A DNA stretch of 64,000 bases from Selaginella moellendorffii. Taxonomy: Eukaryota > Plantae > Lycopodiophyta. The stretch is from contig NW_003314454.1 of assembly GCF_000143415.4 (NCBI RefSeq), positions 16,096-80,095 on the forward strand. Reading direction: 5' to 3'. Shown here piece by piece: positions 11,484 to 23,300 of this stretch. Under the pieces are notes generated by a model, which searched no databases, had not been told where the DNA came from, and was given only the letters and a program-made list of their open reading frames with translations. Both the position numbers and the translations under genes were made by a program. How positions within the stretch are numbered: the stretch's first letter is position 1; each line of letters opens with the position of its first letter.

Positions 11484-14400
11484 ATGCCACAGGTTTGCTT
11501 TACATTACAAGTTAGATGTTTTAATAGTTTTGCTTTTTATTTTAGAGGAAGCGCCGAGGCCAACCTCAATGGTCTCGATCTCCAGGAAAAGGCAGCCGCC
11601 TTGATCGCTGTGGGCTTGGCCGATTGAGTGGAGATTCATCTCAAGTATCTAATGAAGTTTCGGCTAGTCATGCTGGAGGCAACGATGAGTATAACAATGA
11701 CGTGGATGTTGAGATGAACACTCAAATCGATGTTGGTGTTATTGAGGCTGTTGGTACTGGTGTTCCTGAGGCTGCGGGTACTGGTGGTGGGGTACTTGCA
11801 TCTGATGTTGGCGGTGGTGGGGGTGCTATGCCTTCGGTTGCTGAGGCTGCTCGCGGCCAGGTCAATGAACCAGCTGAGGACGTTATTGGTAGCGTTGTAG
11901 GTGGATCTACTACAGAGGCTACTGGGGGCATGGTAGCTGCTCCTACTGCTCCTCAGGCTGGTGGTGCAGTGGGAGCTAATGGTGGTGAGGGATTATGCAT
12001 GCATGATTCTGACACCATCTTGAATGATCGTGTTCGGGACACAATTATCCAAGCTCAAGAACGGACAGTCAGTAAAGTGTTACAGGAAATGGCGTGGAAT
12101 GGCCCTCATCGATTTCTTATCCTTGTGCCGAAGAACGACACATTAGTGTTCCAGTCACACTTGTCGAACCAATGACTCGGGAGCACACTGTGAAGCTCAA
12201 CATGGCATGCCATAAGATCAACATGTAAGAATTTATTTTTTGTAAACTTAGCTAATATCGTGTTTTTGCAGGCTAAACCAATTTGCGTTTCAAGCTCATA
12301 CATTGGTACATGACATTGAGCACCTTCAGTTTATGGGCATGCTCTCGCTAGAGGAGGTCCAAACGTTGTACAATCGTGAGGTATTTGAAGCAATTCGAGT
12401 GAAGCTAGGAGCTAGGAAAGGCCAAGAATTGCAGACTTGGTACCAACTGCCACTTGACTTTCTAGTTGCTGTCTGGGCGAAGGTAAATTAGTATTGAAGT
12501 ATGTATCGACTTACATAATGTTTCTTGCAGCCCATAATCAAAGGAGAAAGAGCGTCATTCTTTAAAAATGCCTAAGGAGACGAGCAACAAAAGGAGATGG
12601 AGTGGCATGCGATTGAGCAGCGAATTTTGAATACGAAGAGAACAAAGGTGAAAAAGTTGCTCTCGATTGCAGACATACGACGCGGGCAGGAATGGCTTGA
12701 TAGCATTGCCGAGATTTGTTCTCGCGTTCGTAAGTTCTTATAAAATTTGTGAAACATTTCATAACTCTTTGTGTGTGTAGGAACTGGTAAAGCACCGGAG
12801 GAACTCATTTACAACATCTCGAAGAGTAAAATGTCCTTTGCTGAACAAAGTGTCTGCTTGGAACTTCTCAACACTTGGCTGCGAAATAACGAAAAACGCT
12901 GCGAGATAAGGATGGAGAAGGTGATGAAGGAGAAGGCGTACATTTCTCAGAGTATTGCCGCTGGTGAGGAGATGCTACAAGTCTGGGATGAGAAGTTTCT
13001 TTCCAGCACCCGCACAGGTATCACTCTCGAAGAATATATTCGTGCTTGTCTTGCGGAGCTAGGGAATGGTTGGCTTCCACGTGGTGGGACGAGTTCGGCT
13101 GAGTTCAAGAACCAACCAGGACAACCATTTCTTGCGAGGCGCATGGTTTACAGGTATTTTTTCAATTCTCATTTATATATTGGTATTTATATTTTTGTTT
13201 TACTTTGTAGATATTTAAAATATAGCCCCGGCGCACCGGTATACACAACCGGTGTTTTGCAGAAGCTCCTGACTAGAGGCAAGAAGCTTGGGATGTATGA
13301 GCCAGAGTTCTACTGTCCTTGTACACATGAGAGGGAGCTATGCCCGTGGTACCTTGAACTCGTGGAGCAGATGCCAACATCGGACTTCGAGCTAGATCTC
13401 TACCTTGAATGTCATCCAGGTTCACTTGAAACTCAGCACTTAGCTAGGAAATATTAACCTTGAGTTATATTCTTATTTTCCAGAGGCTCTTTCTGACTGT
13501 GATAACGACATTGTTGAAGTTCAACAACTAAACCTAGAAGTCAGCACTCAGGAAACCATTCAGAAGATGCCAAATCCAAATACTGTTGAACCAGAGGAAA
13601 TTGTACAGGAAATTCCAGCACAAGAGATTCCAGTACCTGCTCCTCGCAACCCCCGAAGGGGCCGTCATGAAACCTTTCATGAGAGTAAGGACTTTGATTT
13701 GGAACATTCTTTTATTCATTCTTGACTTCACTTTTTTTTTTATAGATGTTGCAGAGAGCAGCCATCAGTCTTTTCGGCGGACTAAGACATTCTTCCCATC
13801 CCTCCCTACGGCTACAGATGACGACCTAGAAGAGCTCTCCTCTGCAGCGATGCATAAACAGGTTAGTAAGCATGAATTTTATCTTCAACTTTTAGTTCTA
13901 ATAATTGATTTTCAGGTTCGCCCTCTATCCCCAACGGCCAGTGTTGGGGAAGTTGCTATTCTCATTGGGGATTACACACAGCTTTTAGATGCTACTAGTC
14001 GGGAGCTCTACATGCTTGATCGGTGGATCCATGGTTTGGGTCAGCTCACACCTTATGGGAAGATCGATTTCATCTTTTTTGATCTTCCCGATGGGATGGC
14101 ACCACCACAGGGGGATACTCCGTCATGGAATGTGTTGCAGGCCCAACACATTTCCCAAGCCTTAAAGGTTGCGAGCAGCTTCATGACATACGAGGGTGTG
14201 GTTGTCATGATCCTTCCTCGCTCTCTAATGTGGGAAGGCCTTCTCGCACACTTGGCTGACAACGATGATGGATTTGTTGAGTTTTCATCTGGCTGCCTTC
14301 TTTCGAGTATGGCGGTGGACACAAAAGGCACTAGCAGGCAGACGCGAAAGGTGTGTGACTTCTTTATTTATAAATTAACTCTATTCTATTTTTTTTTCCA

Positions 14401-15013
14401 GATTTATTCCTGGAACTACCATGCTCTATGCCACATTGGGAACCGGCGTAATGCCACACGAGCTGACGAGCGTGCTGCTCTTGCTTTACCAGGATATGAC
14501 AGCTCTACAGACATCATCCCAAATGTGATTGACTCGGACGTTCTTCACCCAGCGTTCCCTGGTTATCGACATAGTTCGGTCACGGCCATGCAAATCTTGT
14601 TGGAGTTATTTTGTCCGCCAAAGGGGATTGTGCTTGATGCTACAGCAGGATTTGGATCAATGGTGCAGGCAGCAAAAGAGACAGGCCGAGCGGTTTTTGC
14701 ACTTGAGAAGGAGGGTGCCTTTGAGGACATTCTTAGGAGATTTTGCGACAGGTGATGTTAGTGCTTGAAATAATCTATAATATTTATTCTCAAATGTTTC
14801 TATTTTATTAGGTCTACACTTATCACACACAGTGTTTCAGTCCACACGCTTGATCTTGATGATATGGATGATCATATGGACCAAAGTCAATTCCACTTAC
14901 CTATTTATGCTGAACGTATGGCACAACATTACATACAACACGAGCTTATAGTGAAGGAGCATTCCACTATACCCATTTCTACTTTTCTGGATATGGAAGC
15001 AGAAGAAGATTGA
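11484..15013 (+). pseudogene. Spliced ParB-like + beta-class N6A/N4C DNA methyltransferase-fold gene, copy B (ParB core deleted, MTase exons open)
   Basis: MPQ|RKRR start (intron 11493-11545); ~340-bp deletion at ~12130 relative to copy A; MTase exons ~13916-14351 and 14402-14751 with ILIGD, IDFIFFDLPDG (motif IV position, 14081-14092), LLELFCPPKGIVLDATAGFGS (motifs X/I), AAKETGRAVFALE (motif II); acidic last exon. Confidence 0.85.
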
Positions 15014-15300
15014 ATATATTCTGATTTTAATATAAATTATATTGTTTAATATATTATTTTCTTTTTTTGTAGACTAAAAGATTAGTTCATGTCGAACCAA
15101 TAATCTACATGAGCTTATGGAATACCTTAAACACCTAGATTTTATGTTAAAAATTCTTGGTTCGGGACGAACTAAGGTAGTGCCATTAAACTTTCGCTAG
15201 TTAGGGGATTGTATTGACTTCCTTTGACTTTCGTTGACTTTCATTGACTTGAGCTCAGCTCGTGAGCTCAGCTCAAAAACTACCCAGCCCCAAGGAGAAG

Positions 15301-16257
15301 GCATACATTTCTCAGAGTATTGCCACTGGTGAGGAGATGCTACAAGTCTGGGACGAGAAGTTTCTTTCCAGCACCTGCACAAGTATCACTCTTGAAGAAT
15401 ATATTCGTTCTTGTCTTGCAGAGCTAAGGAATGGTTGGCTTCCACGTGGTGGGATGAGTTCGGCTAAGTTCAAGAACCAACCAGGACAACCATTTCTTGC
15501 GAGGTGTATGGTTTACAAGTATTTTCTCAATTCTCATTTATATATTGGTATTTATACTTCTGTTTTACTTTATAGATATTTAAAATATTGCCCCAGCGCA
15601 CCGGTATACACAACCGGTGTTTTGCAGAAGCTCCTGACTAAAGACAAGAAGTTTGGGATGTATGAGCTAGAGTTCTACTGTCCTTGTACACATGAGAGGG
15701 AGCTATGCCCGTGGTACCTTGAACTCATGGAGCAGATGCCGACATCAGACTTTGAGCTAGATCTCTACCTTGAATATCATCCAGGTTCACTTGAAACTTA
15801 GCACTTAGCTAGGAAATATTAACCTTGAGTTATATTCTTATTTTCCAGAGGCTCTTTCTGACTATGATAACGATGTTGTTAAAGTTCAACAACTAAATGC
15901 AGGAGTCCACACTTAGGAAACCATTCAGAAGATGCCAAATCCAAATACCGTTGAACCAAAGGAAACTATATAGGAAATTCCAGCACAAGAGATTCCAGTA
16001 CCTGCTCCTCGCAACCCTCGAAGGGGCCGTTGTGAAGCCTTTCATGAGAGTAAGGATTTTTATTTGGAACATTCTTTTATTCATTCTTGACTTCACTTTT
16101 TTTTCTATAGATGTTGCAGAGAGCAGCCATTAGTCTTCTCGGCAGACTAAGACATTCTTGCCATCTCTCCCTACGGCTATAGATGACAACCTAGAAGAGC
16201 TCTCCTCTACAGCTATGCATAAACAGGTTAGTAAGCATGAATTTTATCTCCAACTTT
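15301..16257 (+). pseudogene. Cargo gene copy A, continuation after copy B insertion; truncated just before the MTase exon
   Basis: Resumes exactly at KEK|AYISQS; collinear with 12936-13893. Confidence 0.88.
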
Positions 16258-17338
16258 AAGAGGCAACATTTTTCATTTCGGCAACAAATCCATTGTAGGT
16301 GAAAGGAGTTATGTTTATTTGCTGTCTAGTTTTGATAGCTTCCTGGAGGTTTCACAACTTGGCTTTTCGGATCTAGGTAGAATTTCTTTTTGACGAGAGA
16401 ATTTCCCTTGTTTGAATCTGTATTGTTGGGATTCTCCTCCATTTCCACATCCCTTGCTATCTCCCTCAGAGGAGATACTGGAGGTGGTGGCTCAATGGCA
16501 AGGTGAGGTGTGGTATCCACTTGAAGGGTGTAATGCTGATGTGCTACAAAAAGATGAAGACTCCCTTCACTTGCCTTCCCTTGCCTACTTGTATATCTTG
16601 ATGTTAGCATTTTGCACAATCATCCTCTCGTCGATGATGGCACATAACACCTCAAGTCTGGCATAATAATTGGGCTTTAAGTAGGTGAAGTTGCCTCCTC
16701 GTCTAGATGTGTAGTTTAGGAAGACATATTGTTCGGACATGCAATCCTTCTTACTTATCATGATTATTTCACCCTTGTTGTCTAAGCAGAAAATCTGAGC
16801 AAACTAGGTGAATCTAAAGGGATGGACTCACCCATAAAAAAGAAAAACATGCTCCTTTGGGTACCACTTCTACATAGCTTGATCCCCTACTCGATTGCTA
16901 TTTCTCCTTTAAGTAGCTTTGCATAGGCAAGTAACCCAAAAGCATTAAACCAAAACTTGTCATAGGGAGAAAGCACAAACTCTCTAAATAGCTTTACTTG
17001 GCTATAATCTAGCTCCTCATTGCCAGATGAGATTTCCTCTATATACTCTTCTTGCCTAGGCATTTTTGCCGTCTGTGGAGATTTGTAGGTGAAACAATCG
17101 GCATTAGGTGACTGGGAGACAGAGTAGGCGACTGGGAGACAGAGTGCGGTGCTAATGAAGCTGCATAAGGGAGATCTTGCATTGATGGTGTAAAAGTGGA
17201 GTCAATGGCTTATAGCAGTGGCATGAGGACAAATCCACTCTACCAAATCAAAACTGTGCTCAACCTAATAGGTGGTGACAATGGCGTTTGCTCTTACATG
17301 GCCCTAGGCAGCATTTGAGCTACTGTATATTGCTTTAG
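16258..17338 (-). mobile_element. 3' accessory region of AT-rich Gypsy element (continuous with 25013-28690 before LTR-element insertion)
   Basis: Joined to 25013 by TSD TTTAG; degenerate minus-strand ORF starting MPRQEEYIEE at ~17063. Confidence 0.5.
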
Positions 17339-20300
17339 TGTAGCGTACGTGGTTTTGACCCTTTATCCTATGGTGATTTACCATAGGATAACACCACGAA
17401 GCGGAACCTAAACCCTCTTTGTGCCACGTGACAGATGCCATGTGTCATATGCCATGTGTCCAAAGGAACATGGTGCGGAACCTGAGGTTCAAGGCCTTGG
17501 GCCACTAAACAAAGGAACAGTGCCAAAACCCCCAAGCATGGAGCCAAGGAATGACAGAACCGAACCACGGAGCAACTCCCGAGCATGCAGCCCAACGAGC
17601 GAAGGGACAGGAGCCCGGAGCGACTTGGAACAGTCCTAGAGCAACCAACATCCCAATGTCAGGACTAGCACGCAAAACGGAGCCAAACAGAGTTTGGCGC
17701 TATTTCGGCATACCGGTGGCCTAACGCAAGGACATGGGTACTCCACCAGCTAGCATGGAATGGAACTTGGGCACCCAAGCCGGATGCAGAATAAGGACAG
17801 GCACGCAAGCGGGAGCTAGACTATGCCTCAGGTTGGTCAGCCATGCCCGACCTACCCACTATCCCTACTATACATTTGGAACCCCCTACAGCCCCCCCCC
17901 CCCCCCCCCCTTGAGGAACACACGCTTTGGGCTTTCACCCCAAGCCTCCCTTAGTACTAAGAGTTAGTCTCTGGGACAAGCTCGAAACTTATTAAATATG
18001 GAATGTCCCTACATTGTGAATTTGGACACGGGACGAACATCATTGTGTTCAGGTTGATCTCTACATTCTGTAGATATGCCAAATGAGCAAATCTAGACAC
18101 TTTTCATAAATAGCATTTGGGATCGAAATGAGACCAACACAAAAGGCATGACAGAGCAAAAGAGAACTAAAAAGCCAGGCCAAGTATGCTTGGCTGAATA
18201 GACACTTAGGAATTCCATCCTTATGCTCATCTGGCCAAGTACAGATGCAAAGTCCAGTTTACTAACACTTGAACAAGAGGGGCTGATAAAGAGTCCAGCA
18301 ACACCGACCTCCTGCCGTCGTGGCAGTAAGGTAAGAGTGTCCGTAAGTATTGGTCGACAGGTAACTTTCGATACCCGAAGTCATATTTGCGACACTCTCC
18401 CCCCCTAGGGAAGATCGACGTCCTCGTCGATGCACACTCGAGTCTAGAATACCGCCAATCAAACAACTCCAGAAAAAGTTCACGGTACTCACACTATGTG
18501 AGAAATGCACCAACTTAAATGAGTTAGAGGTAACCTCTTTGTCTAACACAGATGCGCTACCAACTTAGACACCTTCCGGCCGTCACCGACAAGGAAATGA
18601 CCAATGGAGTCAGTCACCCTTGCTGCTCTAGGAGTCACCCAGCTTACAAAAGTGTGATACGCCCCTGCCCGCAGAGACATAAAAAGAGAAGCCAAAGGCA
18701 CCAACCCTCCTGAGCAAAGAAACCAAACCCGTCGGTAAGGTTTAGATAGACTACTGTAAACAGGCAGCTAGTGTGGTGCACGTGGTTTTGACCCTTTATC
18801 CTATGGTGATTTACCATAGGATAACACCATGAAGCGGAACCTAAACCCTCTTTGTGCCACGTGACAGATGCCACGTGTCACATGCCACGTGTCCATGCCA
18901 CGTGTCCATAGGAACCCGAGGTTCAGGGCCTTGGGCCACTGAACAAAGGAACGGTGCCAAACTCCCAAGCATGGAGCCAAGGAGTGACGGAACCGAACCA
19001 CGGAGCAACTCCCGAGCATAAAGCCCAAGGAGCGAAGGGACAGGAGCCCGGAGCGACTTGGAACAGTCCTGGAGCAACCAGCATCCCAATGCCAGGACCA
19101 GCACACAAAACGGAGCCAAACGGAGTCTAGCGCTATTTCGGCATACCGGTGGCCTAACGTGAGGATATGGGTACTCCACCAACTAGCATGGAATGGAACT
19201 TGGGCTTAGACCCAAGCCGGACGCAGAACAAGGACAGGCACGCAAGCGGGAGCTAGACTATGCCTCAGGTTGGTCAGCCATGCCCGACCTACCCACTATC
19301 CCTACTATACATTTGGAACCCCCCACAGCCCCCCCCACCATTGTGTTCAGGCTGATCTCTACATTCCGTAGATATGCCAAATGAGCAAATCTGGACACTT
19401 TCCATAAATAGCATTTAGGACCGAAATGAGACTAACACAAAGGGCATGATAGCGAGGGTGTTTGGCAGACACGGTAAGCTATCATGTAGCGATATTGAGG
19501 GACTAATCTCAATACGCGAGGGTTCTTGTCACTAGCAAGTGCAAGACAAAACGAGACGGGAACTCCTTACCGGGCTAAGTATGCTTAGCTAATAACACGT
19601 AGGAATTCCGTCCTTATGCTCGTCCGGTCTAAGTACACTCGAAATGCCTAGTTAACTCCACTAGCACAAGAGGGACTGATAAAGGGTCCAGCAATACCGA
19701 CCTCCTGCCATCGTGGCAGTAAGGTAAGAGTGTCCGTAAGGACTGGTCGACAGGTAACTTTCGATACCCGAAGTCACATGCGCGACAGTTAGAGTTGTTT
19801 ACACGGTCACGCCCTTTTAAACGGAACAAAGGAACATCGATAGAGAGGCGGGTTATGTGACTAGTCGACAATATCTACCCCATGACTAGAGATTTCAATA
19901 TGCACACGAAGTGCCGAAGCCAATCTGCCTATACTGACCCAAATTCAAAGATCAATAGATGGACAATATCAAAGTCATAAACAATGATATCTTAGAGACT
20001 TAATTATCAGTGACTATATCTTAGAATAGAACACAACAATATTCTAATTAAGTTATCATCTGATAAACTAGTATTATTATAGTACAGGAACCACTAAGAT
20101 CACTATTATTGGAAAACATGGGATTCACCATCCAGCAAAACTCAATAGCCAGCGAAGCATTAAGAAAACTTAATGATAGATCTTAACTACTGAAGATGGT
20201 AGACAGTATGCCAAACAACTTACTAAAGATAACTCAAAGAACACAAAGTATCATTGACTGACAAACACAATGCTCGCGAATGTATCACTCGAAGGAAATA

Positions 20301-23300
20301 ACATCCCAACCTATCAGAACTAATTCGAGCAACAACCAACATAACAGAATGAATGTGGTAAGATCGACAAACACTTAGTCATGTCAACTATCACATTAGC
20401 CAATCTGAATAAATCCTGGTCAACAATACAAATGAACCAGAGTTGCTTAAGCAAGTGTCAGCAACATCCTTTTGATGTCTTAAACCCAAAAGACTAATTC
20501 AGAGCAAACCACAAAAAACATATGGTATTGCAAAAAGCCAAAAGCTATCAAAGAGAACAACTAACCATCATGAAAGATCATCAATTATCCCATCAAAAAG
20601 ATATGCCAAATCATCATCAAGAAGAACGGCAAATCATCCTATACCAACAATAATCAAGCAAAATCTTTTGACAAGGACAAACAACTATCCCAGATGATAG
20701 TCAATCATCACCAATGATTGCTAAATGCAAAAGCCAACTTCAACATTGAAGCTAATGAGCCAAAATACCTTCCTCAACAACTTCTAACAAATGGAACAAT
20801 GAGCATGAAAACTCAAGGAACCAAAAGCTTGAAGAAGTCTATAGCCAAGTCATGTTTAGCAATGATCACGAGTCTTGCATGAACTAACTTCAATGCTAAA
20901 GAAGAAAATCATGGTACAACCTACAATATCCTCCTCAACACATCCATAAGCTAAACTTCATAATGCAAAGCTAATGAAGAGCATATCTGCTTCAATTCAA
21001 AAGCTAAACACAATGAAACTATGCTCAACAAGTGATCATCAAACTGATCCTCCTTAAATCCATCTTTAGCAAGACGTAACTCACTTTATAACAAGCACAA
21101 GAAGAATCATCAATGATTGATATATCCCAACTGAAATCTAACAAGGATTCAATTAACAACACGATCCTCCGCAACCCCACCCGGTAAATCAAGCCCATCA
21201 CTACTAAATCATCTTCGAGCAAAGCAAATATCAGAGGTCCTCAACAAAGTTTATAAGCAATCACTAGTCGCAAAGCAACTAACAATCACTCTTTAACTTG
21301 TCTTCACAATACCTAAACACTAAACTCATGTCATTGAGCCATATACTTGTCCAGCATGAACCTGATACCTCAGGTATGAGATAAAAGTTCATAGACAAGC
21401 ACAAACCAAATGACCACTCGAATCCAACTCAACCACAATAAGCTCACAAATGCATTTAGCTAACAGCTCTGAGTATGCCTTGAAGAGGCTAGCTATATAT
21501 GATCAACACTCAATCGAAACTAAAGTAAACCATGAGATGGACTCATATCGGTACACAACCTCCACTTAGACAAAGCTATAGTATGGGTACCAACATCTAA
21601 AACTCAAAAAACTAAGTTGGACATCACCATCCTCAGCCAAAGCGCATGGCCACCAAGACCAAGTCAAGATCAATGAGAGCTTACTACTCTCATAGAGTTT
21701 TAGCAAAATGTAAGGTGCAACCTGCCACCAAGAAAAACACTATAAAAGAAAGGCATAAGGGTCACCCTTCTTAGAAAAGTGCAACGGCCACTTTTCTACA
21801 CCAACTCTAGACTCTATCCAACTCAGTTGCCTTATCCCCAAAAGTCAGCATCCCTTTTGGGCTGCATCATATAAACTACCTACTAAAGTCTAAGCCAACC
21901 GAAGTCAACTCCAACCCTTTCACTAGTTTGTACTGGCTTACAAAAACGGAATGGTTTGCAAACAAAGTATCCAACAGATCAGCCATTGGAAAATCCTAAG
22001 AAAATTTGTGGAAAATTTTCCATCCTAGAGAAAGAATGACTCTCAGTCTAGGAATGCAAACTTTCAAAACTCAACCAACTTCCTCCTACTAACAACTTCA
22101 CATAGGTTCACCTCAACATAAATTCTCATAACCCATAATATGCATAAACCTCGAACATCTTTTTGCCCATACTTCTGACACCTAACACTAACATCCGTAT
22201 AATGCAAAGTGAACATCTAAGGCTTGATCACGAAGACCACATCTTCAGATATCCACATTGCACTAACACTCTTCTTCAATCATTCTCAAGATCCAATGTG
22301 AAGCCAAAACACTAACAAGAAAAATGACATAGAAAATCAAGCTCTAAAGAAAATTCCTCATCCCTCGAACAACAATACTACTTCCACTAACACAAGTGCT
22401 AGCGATATCAATGTCTTAACTACACACCTTCTCCATCCAACAATCTACTCCAAGTGCTAATGGATTCATCAACAAACTATAGCAAGTGAATGCTATAACC
22501 CTTTCCAAACACCTCATGGGCAAACCCTCAAGGAAACAAGGAATCAACTTAAGCTTAGCATAATGGACCACCATCGAGAATCCAGTCAAAGCTACTACTA
22601 TGCTACTATGTGCAAGTAGACTAGCTTCTCCATCAACCACTTCGGGGTTGATCATTGTTTAATCAAGCAACTTCGTAACCACATTGCTCATTATCACATG
22701 GATATGACATAGAAATTGCAATGATTTGATCATCAATTGAGTAACACAATGAGCAATGCCTATGTCATTACTTCAAATGTTTATGTGAGTATCAAGTGCC
22801 AATTCGATTCGACAAAATGCAACATAAATGCCACACTCCACCAATAGAAATTTACAACACTGAACACTAATAACTTTTGTTCACAACATGGACAAGCTCA
22901 TGCCACTCTCTATCCGACCAAACTCAACACTAATCCAACACCAAGCTACTCAATAAGCAATAGCAAGGTTCCCCGGAAAAGAATTGAGCATTGCAACCCA
23001 AGTCTTCTAATAACAAGTTTAATACAAAACACTATTTTCTGAGCATATAGTACATATTGCCAACATCGTGGGCTGTAGCTACAGGGGCAACTTGGAAGCT
23101 TGGTTTAACTCTTCACTGGTATCCATCCCATAACTCACCACTTATAAGACCATCATCTCCAACATGCATCAAGGTAGGGACTCTTGATTGCATAATATGA
23201 ACATGAGCAATGAGTTAATACCTCGTTACAAATCATCTCTCCAAGAAGAGAAGATGATTTACGTGTTTGATCCTTCGTCCTTGACGACTCTCTTTTCGGT

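Larger units (their letters stand above)
8646..15291. mobile_element. Mutator-like DNA transposon (MULE) copy B, 6.6 kb, internally deleted
   Basis: 9-bp TSD AAGGAGAAG at 8637-8645 and 15292-15300; imperfect TIRs GAGCCTGGGTAGGTTTTGAGCT vs revcomp GGGGCTGGGTAGTTTTTGAGCT with GAGCT(CA) repeats; contains a SWIM transposase remnant and a cargo gene in divergent orientation. Confidence 0.92.

Noticed and set aside
21700-23010. Possible antisense gag zinc knuckle (TCHQEKHYKR) and integrase-like (FCSQHG…EHCN) remnants in the LARD internal region
   Set aside because: Too degenerate to support by eye; needs a profile search on a family consensus.
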